A stretch of DNA of 23,716 bases, taken from the NCBI RefSeq assembly GCF_006345805.1, contig NW_021836571.1, positions 1 to 23,716 of the forward strand, given 5' to 3'. Shown piece after piece: positions 21,192 through 23,716 of this stretch (position 1 is its first letter; each line of letters begins with the position of its first letter). This DNA comes from Octopus sinensis (lineage: Eukaryota). Under the pieces are notes generated by a model that saw only the letters and a list, made by a program, of their open reading frames with translations, made no database searches and was not told the origin of the DNA. The translations under genes and the position numbers were made by a program.

Positions 21192-21694
21192 GGTATTTTG
21201 TCTGGCTCTGATGTCTTTCCCTGTGCACGTCAGATAAAAAATACAAAACGTTTATTCGGAGTCAACGGGTGATAATTCTTTCGCATACGGATATCGCTGC
21301 GTATTTCCATTACAATATAACAATTTTCACCCCCTGCTAATATAAGCTCGTGTTTATACGGAACACCATACAAACATTCACACACAAACACGTGTACTGA
21401 TCTGGTGAGCGTAAAACTCGCAGATATACCCAAATAACTGAATGTAATAAACAGCATTACCTCTGAGGAGAAAAGAGTTGTAATTGCTGTCCATGTTGTA
21501 AGAAAACAATTATCGAGAACTCAATAAGGTTTGAAAATCAATCAAAATTTGTCCATCATTTTTCTTCAAACTACGTAGTAACAGTTAAAATTTGCTGCTT
21601 GAATTTATTACTCTGCGTCGCTTTAAATACATTTTGTCATACCCTGGCCATGCATGGACAGAGATCTGCGTTAAAAGCCAGCTTATACTACTTT

Positions 21695-21862
21695 CTACTA
21701 CACACAGGCTGAAATTTGGGAGAGGGGAACAGTCGATTGCATCGATCCCAGTGCATCACTGGTGCTTAATTTATCGACTCTGAAAAGATAAAAGGTAAAG
21801 TCGACCTCGGCGGAATTTGAACTCAGAACGTAAAGACAGACGAAATACCGCTAAGCATTTTG
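21695..21862 (-). mobile_element. SINE family A copy lacking the 5' head
   Basis: GTCGACCTCGGCGGAATTTGAACTCAGAACGTAAAGACAGACGAAATACCGCTAAGCATTT. Confidence 0.85.
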
Positions 21863-21870
21863 TTCTGCGT

Positions 21871-22205
21871 ACTAAAAAGAGAAACAATTCCTATCATAGT
21901 AGGCGCATTAGGTATGATAAAAAAATATTCAGACAAATGGCGGTGCCTCAGCATGGCCACAGCTCGTGAGCTGAAACTGGATAAAATAAAAAATAATAAA
22001 ATAAAAATACATAACAAATACACCAGGACTAATAAGTATATATAACATACAGAAAATGCACTACTAGGCACTGCACACATCCTAAGTAAAACACTTTCAA
22101 TGCAGTAAAAATAAGACCATCACAACAAATCACAGCACATACCCAAGGCACACAGAGCTGCGCTCGGTAGTGAAGTGAAAGCACGCTATAAAAATAAAAC
22201 TACTG
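21871..22205 (+). mobile_element. 5'-truncated R4/Dong-type (RLE) non-LTR retrotransposon 3' end
   Basis: Decayed C-terminus ETIPIIVGALGMIKKYSDK/YITNTPGLISIYNIQK(fs)ALLGTAHILSKTLSMQ*, then a 3' UTR and (TAA)n. Confidence 0.7.
21939..22003 (+). mobile_element. SINE family B-like 3' tail inserted in the retrotransposon ORF
   Basis: GGCGGTGCCTCAGCATGGCCACAG plus an A-rich tail interrupts ..GACAAAT|ACATAAC.. Confidence 0.65.
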
Positions 22206-22278
22206 AATAATAATAATAATAATAATGATAATAATAATAATAATAATAATCTATTAGATAATAATAATAATAATAATG

Positions 22279-22320
<42 letters not shown>

Positions 22321-22329
22321 TAATAATAT
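22206..22329. repeat. (AAT)n microsatellite
   Basis: Read directly. Confidence 0.9.
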
Positions 22330-22622
<293 letters not shown>

Positions 22623-22623
22623 A

Positions 22624-22696
22624 GTTTCTCTGCCCTAGGAGTCGGGAAGACACTCGGCAAGAAATGGAAACAAATTTGAAAGACGAAAAAAAAGAT
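22624..22696 (+). mobile_element. Possible 3' UTR stub of a different TAA-associated retroelement
   Basis: Unique 73-bp block with an A-rich end between TAA arrays; no coding evidence. Confidence 0.3.
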
Positions 22697-22751
22697 AATA
22701 ATAATAATAATTGACTCGCTAGAAGCTAGGAACAGTAACAATTACCACAAT

Positions 22752-22935
22752 AACAACCTGGCTCGACTCAAAGAATCGATAAATATATAGATAGAACACC
22801 TACAAAAAACATCTTTGCTTGGAATTGCAAGTCTGCTGTCGAAAGGTTCTTAACATGATCAGTAAACAACTGTAGTCAGCTCACTTTGGTCTGCTGGCTG
22901 TGGGCAGCTGACATTTTCCATCATAACAACAAATA
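22752..22935 (+). mobile_element. Older, divergent R4-type C-terminal remnant
   Basis: NNLARLKESINI*IEHLQKTSLLGIASLL matches the QKxxLLGxA motif of the neighbouring copies; the 3' boundary is approximate. Confidence 0.45.
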
Positions 22936-23176
22936 AGTGAGAGTTTTTCATCAAATAAAATATTGGTCACGGCTGGAACGCATTTCACCATATATATATT
23001 TACTCGATGGTGTTCTTATCTGTCGTAAAGCCATGATAACAAATAGGTGGAACAAATGTAATGAGAGAATGGTGGAAACGAATTCGATGAATTCTTATTG
23101 CGAAATTTATTGATTTTACCATTTACATATATCTGGAATATATATATAGTGGTAGGTAGTATACTATACGCAACGT

Positions 23177-23483
23177 GACAGTCCCCTAAAGGGAATCACA
23201 CCACCGCTATTTAGCCCTAGGAAGCATATCGACGCCTCCTGTCGGCTTGACACATTTCATGTGTCCTTATATTGCAAAGGGAGCTGTAGCAGGAGACATA
23301 CCGGACCCCGGACTGATGACGGCAAGACCCAGAACATGTCTCCAGGTACTAATCCTAGCTGGCGGGGGTGATTGCCTCCCCTTTGCAAATATAAGGACAC
23401 AGAAAATGTGTCAAACCCGACAGGAAGCGTCGATGTTTCCTAGGGCTAAATGGCGGTGGTGTGATTCCCTTTACGGGACTGTC
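23177..23483. mobile_element. Fold-back / MITE-like element with about 107-bp inverted arms
   Basis: 23177-23283 is the reverse complement of 23376-23483 (roughly 90% by eye); the right end continues CTG|TA. Confidence 0.8.
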
Positions 23484-23716
23484 CTGTATAGTTGTGTGTT
23501 GACAGTATACAACCACTCTATCGCTCCACCACCGCCTCAGGTCTCTCTGAGACATTAGAAATTCAATATTTCTAATTTTAGAATATATATTTTTGAACAA
23601 AATGTTCGATATTACAAGAAAACGCCAGACTTTGTAATGTTTAAAATTATCGAATTTCTGACTTTGCCTAAGATAAGAATGAACCTTATTCTGTCGATGC
23701 ATTTAAGTTCTATTCT

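Noticed and set aside
20068-21205. CRISPR-like array
   Set aside because: Units are whole 184-bp repeats with no unique spacers, they match dispersed SINE copies, and there are no cas genes in this eukaryotic context.
23310-23345. Hammerhead inside the fold-back spacer (CTGATGA)
   Set aside because: No downstream stem II or GAAA; the CTGAnGA hits at 8075, 17415, 18808 and 21463 fail in the same way.

Overview
Repeat-rich eukaryotic non-coding DNA, very probably an octopus (cephalopod) intron or intergenic region. This is inferred from the tRNA-derived SINE families, the very long compound microsatellites and the retroelement mix. No intact protein-coding gene is supported. Nearly all ORFs in the supplied track are translations of microsatellites or SINEs. 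Contents: many copies of two or three SINE families; a deleted Tc1/mariner remnant (10305-10697); two non-autonomous Helitrons (11112-11409, 17663-18055); a LINE-like 3' end (16959-17280); a stack of R4/Dong-type 3' ends in (TAA)n (21871-22935); a fold-back MITE-like element (23177-23483); and five hammerhead-ribozyme-like motifs of the Penelope-associated type. The most unusual signal is a SINE variant that forms head-(184 bp)n multimers at three separate loci, always with the same junction. One array is flanked by a 14-bp duplication resembling that junction motif, and the repeated tail is 32/42 identical to the LINE-like tail in the same window. This suggests a self-targeting or circular-template SINE amplification system, which is a hypothesis only. 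Family names come from motif recognition and recall, not database searches.
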